A stretch of 64,000 nt of DNA from the NCBI RefSeq assembly GCF_009914755.1, contig NC_060927.1. One strand, 5' to 3'. This document shows positions 39,631 through 64,000 of the stretch, piece by piece. Each line of letters begins with the position of its first letter. The first letter of the stretch is position 1. The stretch is from the human T2T-CHM13v2.0 reference genome, Homo sapiens. Under the pieces are notes generated by a model. The model worked only from the letters and a program-made list of their open reading frames with translations, was not told the DNA's origin and did not search any database. Made by a program: the position numbers and the translations under genes.

Positions 39631-40601
39631 GCCGGGAACCGGGCGCGGGGGGCGCGGGGTCAGGGACCCGGTGGGTGTGGGCTCCAGGCCAACGAGACGC
39701 CGGCCGGTGCGCTGCGCTGAGACTTGGCCAGACGACGGGAGCCACACGCCGCGCGCGCCACCATCTTCGCGAGGCGCCCCGCCCTGCCAAACAGGTCGCC
39801 GGGAAGGCGAGTTCCAGGCCATCCGATTCAGGCCCACATCCACGAGGCTAAAACTACTAATCCCAGAGGCCTGAGCGCGCAGGCGACGGCGGCTAGCTGC
39901 GCGTAGAGCACCATGGGAATGGTAGTCCACGCCTGGGGCCCACCAGCCGACGACGCGCTGGCTGAACTATGCACCCACAATGCCCTGCGCGCGCCCCAGC
40001 CCCGCGTCGGGAACAAGTGCACGGTGGTTAACTCCGAAGCGTCCCTCAGTGGAGCACCAAGGCAGGACTGGCTTCTCAGGGCACTTGGCAGCGGGACACT
40101 CCAGACGAGACCTACCCCTGCCTGGGTCTGGGGACCATGGGAAGGGCTTAGAGCTTGGGATAACAGGAGCAACAGCCAAACCTCAGGCAGTGGAAAAAAG
40201 TGACTTTATGATGAAAGAGTGCAGACAACAGCTTAGCACTTTACCGACCTTCGCCAAGATTTTTTGGGGCCCATCTGCCCGTGCACGGCCCATCTGTGAC
40301 CTCTCCATGGGCTTAGTGAGGTGTAGGCACAAAGCCCTAGGCTGGCAGCCCTAACTAGCTGGAACCTGACTCTCCCTGGAACTGCTTCCTTGCCATGGAG
40401 GACTCACATGATCTCAGAGGGCCTCTGGTTTTATAAGCGTTTTTTCTGGCCCCTTCTACCCCTCAGGGATTCCAAGGGAAGCGGGGTGTGTGCTTGGGAG
40501 GGTTGACTGTAAACTGAATAGAGCAAGAGTGGGACAGAGTAGTTCCAGGACTGGAAAAGTGGCAGCAGGGAAAAGAAGAGGCAGTGGCAGGGGCCCTGGC
40601 T

Positions 40602-42958
<2,357 letters not shown>

Positions 42959-43149
42959 TCCCCAAGGATGGAAACCTGCAGGAGAGAGGGGGGTGTAAGC
43001 TTAGAGTCCGCAGCTATGGCCACACCTTCCACATGGCAGGGAAAGCCAGGAAAGCTCCCCCAGCTCCTCCCCATCCTTACAGGAGGAGCTGGGGAAAGCA
43101 TGTTTCCCCAGGGGTCTCTTGGGCCTTTTAAAGCAGCCACACCGCAAGC

Positions 43150-43224
43150 TGGCTATGATGCCCCGGGCATCGAGTGGCAGGTGCACACCAAAGCGGGCTT
43201 TACAGTGAGCTGAGGGTACATTCC
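43150..43224 (-). pseudogene. 75-bp duplicated fragment of HYAL3 coding exon
   Basis: 69/75 identical to 42781-42855 with no gaps; translates [24 protein letters not shown]. Confidence 0.85.
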
Positions 43225-43958
43225 CTCCCATGTTCCGTCTTTGTCAATACACCACTGTGTCCTCCCACAACTGTCACAAGTCCCCTTCTTTCCTCTGCCC
43301 ACCTTGTTCCCTCTTCCAAGAACAGTCAGCTCCCACCTCCTCACCTGCCTGGTTTAATTCCTACCTAGCACTCAGGTCTCTGCTGTGACATCACTGCCCT
43401 GGGAGGTCTCCTGGATCCCCAGGTGGAGTGAAGTCACTTGGGTTCCCAAAGCCTCTGTACCTCCCCTGTGCCACATGGATCCTGCTACTGTATGCCTGTT
43501 TGTCTAGTTACCCATTGCCTATGTCCCGTCCAGGGCTTGACACACAGTAGGTGCTCAGTGAATGGTAATGAGTGAATGGGGAAGAAAACAGCCACCCTGT
43601 CTCCTGAGCCAGGTGGGGGGTAAAGGCAAAGGACAGGCATCCTCCCATCAATGGCCTCAGGGCCAAGGTGGATCTGGAGACTTCTGCAGGGATAAGGGAC
43701 CTGCAGAAGAGGTGAGAGGTGAGGGTAGGGGGATCAACAAATAAACTGTCACAGCCATACCCAAGAGAGCCTTTATTCAGCCACACTGACGGCTCTGAGC
43801 CAGAGCCACCTCCTGGCCCCACTGGTACCCAGGAAACATGCCCAGGTTAAAGCTGCCCCCCAGGGGCTAGGGGCTGAGGTATGGTCAGTGGGCTGAGGCT
43901 TGTAGACTGTCGGGGCAGTCTATTGAACCAGAAAGACAGTTCCTTGCCCTGGATGGCC

Positions 43959-44883
43959 TCAGATGTCTTTTTCCATCCAGAATATGGGGCGCCCCCTCAC
44001 ATTTTGATATTGTGTCTCCAGCAGGCTTTTTGAAGGGGGCCCTGATGGAACTGGGGGTGAGATGGTCAGGCACTCAGGTAGGGGAGGGGGTGGTGGCAAT
44101 GGAGGTCCCTTGGGACCCCTTGGGGCAGCTTGGGCAGTCAGGTTTGGGGCCTTCCTGGGTGGCCGGGGAGAGGGGGCTGTGGGGAAGGCATTAAGCAGGG
44201 TGGCAGGCAGCCGTCTGCTGGTGAAGACCAGGCCCTGCACAGGCTCACCCAGCTGGTAGCCCAGGTGGGTATAGAAGTGCACCTGGTCATGGGTGGTGAG
44301 ATGCAGCTTGCGGAAGCCCCGGGCCCGAGCAAAGACCTCCAGGCCCTCCATGAGGCGGCGGCCAAAGCCACGGCCCCTCAGGGCCCGGGCCACCACCACT
44401 GTCTCCACTAAGAGGCTCTGGGGCTGGTTCAGCACCCGTGACAGGCGGGCATGGCCCACCACAACGGGTGCTGCTTCAAGTGTGGGGTGGGGGCTTAGCA
44501 GCATCAGGCAGAGGGGGAAGGCATCTGAGGACTGGCCCAGGGAGTGCAGGCGGGAGGTGCGGCTGCGGGGCCACTGATCATTGATGAGGTCAGCACAAGC
44601 ATCCAGGAGCTCGGGTCGGCGGTGCACAGGCTCCAGGGTCAACTCAGCCAGGCTAGGAGCTGGGGTCTCCTCTGGCTGGTGTTCAGGATCCAGGGTAAGC
44701 TCAGTTGGACCAGGATTGAAGGTCATCTCTGGTTGGCATGTGGAATCCAGGGGCAGCTTTGGCTGGCACGCAGGATCCAGAGTCAGCTCAGCTGGGCTGG
44801 TACTCAGGATCAGCTCCATCCGGTGTGTAGGGTCTAGTGTAGGGGTCAGCTTGGCTGGGCCAGGGCTCAGAGTCAGCTCTTGC
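43959..44883 (-). CDS. NAA80: Actin N-alpha-acetyltransferase 80 (NAT6/FUS2), nested in HYAL3 intron 1; 286 aa from ATG 44819, or 308 aa from split AT(46570-46569)|G(44883)
   Basis: GNAT acetyl-CoA motif RGRGFG, polyproline loop, C-terminus IFWMEKDI*; own AATAAA at 43777-43772. Confidence 0.97.
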
Positions 44884-46329
44884 CTATGCACAGGATCCAG
44901 GTTCAGCTGAGTCAGGCTGGGAGCCAAGGTCACCTGCTGCTAGGTTGCAGGTGGCTCAGTGCCAGGCTGGAGGTTAAGACCCCAGTCTCCAGGCAGTAGC
45001 ATCTCTTCAGACCACAGTGGCTCTCCTCCTGTAGATAACAGCCATGCTGGGCTGTGCCAGGAGGGAGGGTGGGGTTGGAGCAGGGAAGGGCTGACAGAGT
45101 GCAGGGGGGACCATGCATACTGGAACTGGGGAGTGGTGGGCTGCACTTTGTCCCACACTCACCTGATAGCACAGGTGACCTGGAAGAGACCCATCCCCTA
45201 TAGAGCAGGGCAGATAGATCCAGGTGTCTACCCCACATTGGAGGGAGGCTGGGAGTGATGGATGAGCTGCTTAAGGCTGGGGCAGAACCTAGGAGTCCTG
45301 GCCCCAGCCTGCTCTGGCTACAAATTTGTCCTCCTCAGGACCTCCCCTCACAGGGGGTCTGTAACCACCAGGTCTATAAAACAGCCGACCCAATCTACTT
45401 GCTGGCCTTCTGTCTTCCAGTAGTCCTCCTAGTCCACCACTAGGGCATGGGATAGAAGATGCAAAGCAGACACTATACCCCCTGCTCAAACCTACCCAAG
45501 GTTCCCTCCATAGGAAAAACTGCCCGGGAGTCTTCCTGTCCCTTTCTTCTCCCTATGTTCCGAGTCTCCTCCAGCTCCCAGCCTTTTCAACTACCTGGGC
45601 TATGCCCACTGCCTTAGTGGATCCTGGGGCCCCACTCATGCACCCATCAGGCTGAGCTTTGGCCTGTCTTGACTGCCTTCCCCACCTGGAGCCCATGGCC
45701 CCCTTCCCAACTCTGCCCATCTCAGGACACTTTGGATATAGACCCAACTGTCTCCTCAGATGGGGCCCCAGCAGCACCAGCACTGGGCCTGGCCCACAGT
45801 CACACAGCAGTATTGCCTCTGCAGGCTTGGTTCCCCACTGGCTTGAGTTTCGCAGGCACCCTAGATAAGGACCACAGCTTCCTTCCTATATCCACAGGGT
45901 GTCCAACGGTCACCAGGTTGGGGGCCCAGACCTCCTGTGCCCAAACCCTACTGTTTTCCCATCTTAACCAAGGTCCTGCCGTCCGGCAGGTCTATGCTGG
46001 GGGTTTTCTAGTCGTGGGCGGGCAGCTGAGCCCCCTCCTTCTACTCACCTGCTCCAGAGGGGGCCTCCTGGCTCCCCTTACCTCTCCTGAGCTTGAGGCC
46101 AATTAAACACTGGTCAGTAACAGGCACCCCCCTCCCCTCACCTCCCACACCATTCACAGGGCTGTAAGCCCCTCACCTGCATCAGCCACCTCTGCAGCAG
46201 CCGCACCCTTTGGTCTAGAGGGAGGAAGCCCCAGGATCCGCCCCTAGGGCTGAGCCCGGGGCTTCCCCGCGGCCTTAACCCCTTCAGTGCCGACCCCACC
46301 CACTGTGGGCGGGGCTCCGGGGTCCTCAG

Positions 46330-47170
46330 AGAGTGGCTTCTCCGTCTCTCCCGGGCCTCGGTTTCCCCCTCCCTCCTAGTGGGTCACAGGCTGTGGAGCT
46401 TTTGGGAATGAGGACTTCGAGAGCTCGACTCTGTGGGCAGGTGTGGCTCGGCATGGTCTGGAAACGAACGACTGACGCGGGGAGGGCGTGCAGGGTGGCA
46501 TGGCCACTTGGGGACCGCACGCGCGGGGTGGACCTACAGGCAGCAAATGGGAAGGGTGCGGTACTGACATGTTGATGCTGGCCTCTGGGATGTTCCGCGT
46601 CCTAGCTCCGCACAGCTGGGTATCTCACTCAGTCGCCACCTCGGACTCCTCGGTCCGACAACGTTGGCCCCCAGCGGTGCGGCGGATGTTCTGCAGCCGT
46701 CGCGTCCTGCGGCACGCCACGGCGTTCTAAGGCCTCCCAGCACCCGCGCGTCGCCGCTTAGAACCCGCCCCTGGTTTGCGCGTCACAACACCCGCCAGGC
46801 GCCGACTCAGTCTCTACCCTGGCTCCGCCCCTGCTGAGCCCCACCCCATCTCCATTTGAGTCCGCCTCCTCCCCACCCGGCCCCATACAGGCCCCTCCTC
46901 CTTCTCCTTGCGTCACAGCTTAGGTCCCGCCTCGATTTGGCTTCTTCCAGGCCCTGCCCCAGCCCAGCACGTCACTTCAGCCAGGCGCAGGCCCCGCCTC
47001 CAGCTGGCTCTGCCTCCGCCAGCCCCGCCCCAGGCTCTGACAAGTCTAGCTTCGGTTCCCGCCGGCCTCCTGCCCCAGGACAGCTTGGAAACGGTCCGAT
47101 CAGGTGGGGCTTCCTCTTGAAATTTGGGCCCCACCCTGGGAAGCAGCCGCCCTTAGACTGACGTCAGATC
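46330..47170 (-). promoter_or_regulatory. Shared NAA80/HYAL3 CpG-island promoter and leader exon
   Basis: CpG-rich, GC boxes, CRE TGACGTCA at 47159-47166; leader donor CAACAT|GTCAGT at 46569/46568; further consensus donors at 46049 and near 46177. Confidence 0.75.
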
Positions 47171-47262
47171 TGGTGAGAGTGACAAGCCTTTCCTGTGCCC
47201 TTTGGATACCGGGGCCTGGACATTTTAGGCGCTCAGTAAACAGCTAAGTAAATCATGACTGC

Positions 47263-47268
47263 TTTATT
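47263..47268 (-). terminator. HYAL1: HYAL1 polyadenylation signal
   Basis: TTTATT on + (AATAAA on -), about 570 nt after the stop. The 3' UTR contains a MIR-like segment at about 47330-47540. Confidence 0.8.
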
Positions 47269-47838
47269 TGCTGGACTGGTGCCTCTCAGCAGATTCAGGG
47301 GTCGTGCAGGGCTGGTTACCACAAACTCAGTAGGAGTGCAAGGGCTGTACCCCCGGAGCTAGACAGCCTGGGTTTGAATCTCAACTTCTCCCTTTTCTTG
47401 CTGTGCAACCTTGGGCAACGTGCTTACTCTCAATGTGAGTGACTCAGTTTCCTCATAGCCTCATTGTGAGGAATGAATAAGTCCACATAAAACGCTTAGC
47501 ACGGGGATTGGCAAAGAGTAGGCACTCAGTGAATGTCAGCCTTTGTGATTGCTGCAGTTCAAAGACTGGCTCAGTGTCTCTGGAGGAATTGTCTATGACC
47601 TTGCCAAGTAGATGCATATGGACATGGAATGAATGGTGTCTGCTGTGGTTCTAACTCCTTATGCCACTATTCCAGTCTGTAAGTATGCATGTGTGTGCAG
47701 GGAATATGCCTGTGACAGTGGCTGAGTGTACTCTTTACTGTGACCATGACTTGTATGACTGTGCATGTATTTGAGGAAGCCCTGGCCAGACCCAGAGTGC
47801 ATTAGGTTCTCAATATGTGCAACTCAGTGTGTGGCCAA

Positions 47839-50312
<2,474 letters not shown>

Positions 50313-50821
50313 GGCACGGGACTGGTCGAGGACAACCTGGCCAGGGGAGGCAGAGCTGAGAACAGGTTGCAAAGTCTCCGATTCCCCCACTGCTCAGGGC
50401 TGGGGGGCTGAGCCCTTGCGCATTAATCCACCGCTGCTCTGGTTTCTGTTAAACATTGACCTGCAGGGCTCCAGGAGGGCAGGGGAGACGCATGGAGGGG
50501 AGCATGGCCACTGGAGGGCACATCCGAGTTGCCTCTCAGACCAGGCCTCTGCCATCTCCCACAGGACTTGCTCTAGCCTAAGCTCGCCCACCCCTGCTTC
50601 CCCATGAGCCACTGAGGCCATGACATATGTTCTGGGAAGAGTGGCTGACAGCCAGGCCCTCAGCCCCCAGGCTGACCCGACCAAGGGGGGGAGGCCTTCC
50701 TGTCTCTTCCACCAGAAATCCTGGCAGCCACTGGAGGAAGATCCAATGGCCTCAGTGACCAAGGACAGGTCAACCCAGCCCTCCTGTACACCCGCCAGTC
50801 TGCCCGCTCGTCCCTGCTGAC

Positions 50822-51010
50822 CTTGGGGCTGAAGGGCCTTATCCTCCAAATTTCCTGACCCCAGGATGGGGGCCTAAGCAGGGCCTGGCCAGATTCCACC
50901 CCAGCTGCACCAGAGACTCCCGGAGGAAGGAGCCGCTGCTGGAAATTCTGAGCTTTTGTAGGGGGTCACCCCACCCAGGCCAGGGGCGGGCCAAGGGGCG
51001 GGCCTTGGAT
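50822..51010 (-). promoter_or_regulatory. HYAL1: HYAL1 proximal promoter and non-coding exon 1
   Basis: TACAAA box at 50960-50955, NF-kB-like GGAAATTC at 50941, two GGGGCGGGCC boxes near 50983 and 50995; donor AAG|GTCAGC at 50822/50821, acceptor at 50337/50336. Confidence 0.7.
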
Positions 51011-51332
51011 TAGGAGGCCAGGCCAGCCAGGCATCAGGGCTACCTCTGAATCCCTGGCAAAGGGATCTTGGTTGGGGGTGGGGCTGGGCCAACAGTGGCC
51101 CCTCCCACGCTGTCAGCACTAGGGCAGGGCTTTGTGGCCTTACCTAGGCTGGAGGAGGTGGGCAGGGGCAGACCCTGCTGGGCAGGCCTGTTTGTGACAC
51201 TGGAGACCGGGTTCTTTCGTGTCTTGTGCTCAGGGAGTGTTCTTTGTCCACGTGGCTGCATCTGACATTGATGGGCCCTAGGCACTTTACTTTCGTGGAT
51301 CTTTTCCTCCTTAAAAAAAATATTTTAAAATA

Positions 51333-51890
<558 letters not shown>

Positions 51891-52340
51891 CATGTCTGGG
51901 TTACACTATTATATATTAATTATTAATATATTTACATTTATATTCTTCTTCTGATTAAAAAAACATTTTGTGGGCCCCTGAAAGTACTGTGGCCCTAGGC
52001 CTTGGGTCTATTGTGCTTAGTGGATAAGTCATCCCTGTTGTAGGGACCTGTTTCTGAAAGGCACTGTGTTCATGAAGTCAGGGCTGTGTCATCACCCTTT
52101 GTATATGTGCTGGGTTAGTGACTGTGTCTTTGTGAAGCCCCATTTAGTGACCATCTGAGCCTCTGCACAAATTCCAGTGGCAAGTAGGTGTGAGTGTGGA
52201 ACCCAGTGCCTGGGACTGGGTGTGTGTGAGCCCTGCTGTCTTGTGAGCATGAGATCCTGTGTTTGTGTGACCATGCATATGAGCTGTCAGTGAGCACATG
52301 CTTGTTCATTCATTTGTGGTTTCACTTGTTCAATATGTGA

Positions 52341-52806
<466 letters not shown>

Positions 52807-52914
52807 TAGCCAGGATGGTCTCGATCTCCTGACCTTGTGATCTGCCTGCCTCAGCTTCCCAAAGTGCTGGGATTACAGGTGTGAGCCACCGCGCCTGGCC
52901 TAATTTTTTTTTAG

Positions 52915-53128
<214 letters not shown>

Positions 53129-53924
53129 TGATCTGCCCACCTTGGCCTCCCAAAGTGCTGGGATTACAGGCTTGAGCCACCACGCTTGGCTAAGGTACTT
53201 CTTACGTATTGATAGATGTCTCATATCTCCCTAAAATGTATAAAACCAAGCTGTGCCCGGAACACCTTGGGCACATGTCATCAGGACTTCCTGAGGCTGT
53301 GTCTTGGATGCATCTTCAACCTCAGCAAAATAAACTTTTTAAATTAACTGAGAGCTGTCTCAGATTTTCTGGGTTCACATTTGGTAACTATGGATGGATT
53401 CTGTGTGGAGATGTCCTTGACTTTTGACTAATTGCCTATCTGTGCTTGGTACCAGCAGGAGCTAACTTTATGGCTCAAACCAATAGGACAATTTGCTGAG
53501 GTCTGGGAGCACCCCCTCCAGAGAATCCTTGATTTCTCAATTGGTTGAGATCTAAAGTTTATTTTGCTGTACAACTCTTTTTTTTTTTTTTTTTTTTTTG
53601 GAGTTTTACTTGCTCCCAAAAGGAAAGCAAGTTTTTCTGCTTCCATGACGATGGAAGGCAGGTAACTCCTTTATGGAGTTTGAGCTCGCTTCCAACAGGG
53701 AAAATTAGTTTTTTTTTCCTGCTTCTGGGATGGTAGAGAGCAGTCTACAGCCTGAGACCCATCACTAGGTAAGAAACTGGCTTGGGATTCTGCCTTGCAA
53801 TTTCCTTTAAATGACTAAAGTTAGCATTTAACAACCAGCTGGTGTTAACTTCTGCTTACACTTACAGCACTCAGAAATCATATACTTTGTGTGATCATTG
53901 TTACTTTAGCAGCATTTTGTTCTA

Positions 53925-57925
<4,001 letters not shown>

Positions 57926-57939
57926 ACTGTGGTTTCTTT

Positions 57940-61525
<3,586 letters not shown>

Positions 61526-63077
61526 GGGATTGTTCTTTTGCTGTTTTTTTTTTCTCTTCCTTCCTTCTCCCTATTTTCTCTTCACACTGCATGAGACTTT
61601 ACAACCTGCTAAAAATGAGCTTTCCGGACCTACTTATCTAGCAATGAGAGATCAGATGAAACCTGAGACCAGATACTCATTTTCTTGCAAAATGCTTTCT
61701 CCAAAAGATTTTGAAAAAGAAAATGGGGTAAATGTGAAAGGAAAGTATCTTGGGCCTCTTCAAGCTGGGAACTGCTCAGGACAAATCTGCCTCCCATTCT
61801 ATTCAAGTCATCCTTTTGCTCACAGAGATAGATGCATATTCTGATTGCCTCCTTTGGAAAGACTTACCAGAAACTCAAAAGAATGCAACCATCTGTCTCT
61901 CACCTATCTGTGACCTGGAAGCCCCCAGTGCTTTGAGCCTGGGAGCCTTGATTTGAGCAGTCTCCACCTTTCTTTCTGGAACTAATGTACTTCTTACATA
62001 TTGATTAATGTCTCATGTCTCCCTAAAATCTATAAAACCAAGCTGTGCCCCAACCGCCCTGGGCACATGTCCTCAGGACTTCCTGAGGCTGTGTCACCAG
62101 CAAGTCCTCAACCTCGGCAAAATAAACTTTCTAAGTTAACTGAGACCTTTGTCAGATTTTCTGGGTTCACAGCTGATTCAGAAGCTGGTTATTGACACCT
62201 GCTAGGTGCTTGGGCCCAGCCTTGCCTGCCAGAGTAGGTTGAAGGAAACACCATGTCCCTGCCCAAGTGAAAGTGCTACCTGGATCTGAGTCAAGTCTGA
62301 GACTGAGCCACTGTAGCCAGGCCACCCCTGGCACGGTGGCCACTGAAGCAACGAAACTCACAGTTAACTACCATCTGGGTTGGGTCCTACAGGCTGCCTG
62401 GGATAGAAAAGCTGGCAGGGCTGAGGGAAAGAAGGGCCCAGGATGCTGGGGACAGCATGAGACTTGTACACAAGATCAAGCCCCAGAAGTGGTGACTGCT
62501 GATCCAGTTCAGGAAGCAGGGTCCCAGAGTGATGACCATGTAGGCCCAGAGAGCCTGGCACAACTCTTGAGGGCTGAGGGAACAGAACATCAAGGCAACC
62601 CCTGGCCCCCCTCCTCAAGGATTCATGCCACCTCCTGGTGCCCCCAGAAACCTAGTGCTGCAGTTGGCCCAATCCAGGTAACCACCAGGCCAGCATTCTC
62701 CAGCTGGCCTCAGTCCAAGGGAGAAGCTCTAATGGTGGAACCATAGGAAGAAGCTGAGGGTGCCTGAAATCCTCCTCCACCCCAGGGCCCTGCCCACAGG
62801 CCTGCTCCTACTGGGCTGGTCCAGTAGGATTGGCTCAAATGGTGTGTGTGTGCGCATATGTCTGGGGTCCATCAGCTTGATGGTCCAGTCCCGCCTGCTG
62901 TCTCCGGTTGTTCAACACTTCAGATCTCTGAGCCGCATCACTCCCCATTACCTTATTCCTACCCACTCCCCGCTTTCCCCACAGGACAGTGCTGGCTCTC
63001 CCTGAGTTGCACTTTCCCTAGGACCATCTTTTAGGTCCTCCGGGGGAAGAAATGTGAGGTTCATAAAGGTTTATATG

Positions 63078-64000
<923 letters not shown>

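Noticed and set aside
50313-50390. In-frame N-terminal extension of HYAL1 in the ORF track
   Set aside because: Starts at a GTG inside the 5' UTR intron; the normal acceptor is at 50336.

Overview
Human (hominid) genomic DNA from the gene-dense 3p21.3 tumour-suppressor region. It contains the 3' half of GNAI2 (+), complete SEMA3B (+) with the MIR6872 hairpin, and LSMEM2 (+). On the minus strand are IFRD2, HYAL3 with NAA80 nested in its first intron, and HYAL1. Hand-assembled exons give the expected lengths: SEMA3B 749, LSMEM2 164, IFRD2 442, HYAL3 417, NAA80 308/286 and HYAL1 435 aa. Most of the last 12 kb is a MER4-type ERV provirus (two LTRs, PBS, PPT) invaded by many Alus and a full-length SVA. 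Best leads: (1) the NAA80/HYAL3 leader exon ends in AT|GT, so every G-starting acceptor completes a start codon, giving the NAA80 long start, a short uORF, or an out-of-frame uORF over the HYAL3 start; (2) a candidate 17-nt microexon puts that AUG in frame with NAA80 except for one TAG; (3) a 75-bp intronic copy of HYAL3 coding sequence; (4) an SVA with a 32-bp target-site duplication and a 497-bp higher-order VNTR duplication, upstream of a TE-built candidate HYAL1 5' exon. Gene and repeat names come from recognition, not database searches.
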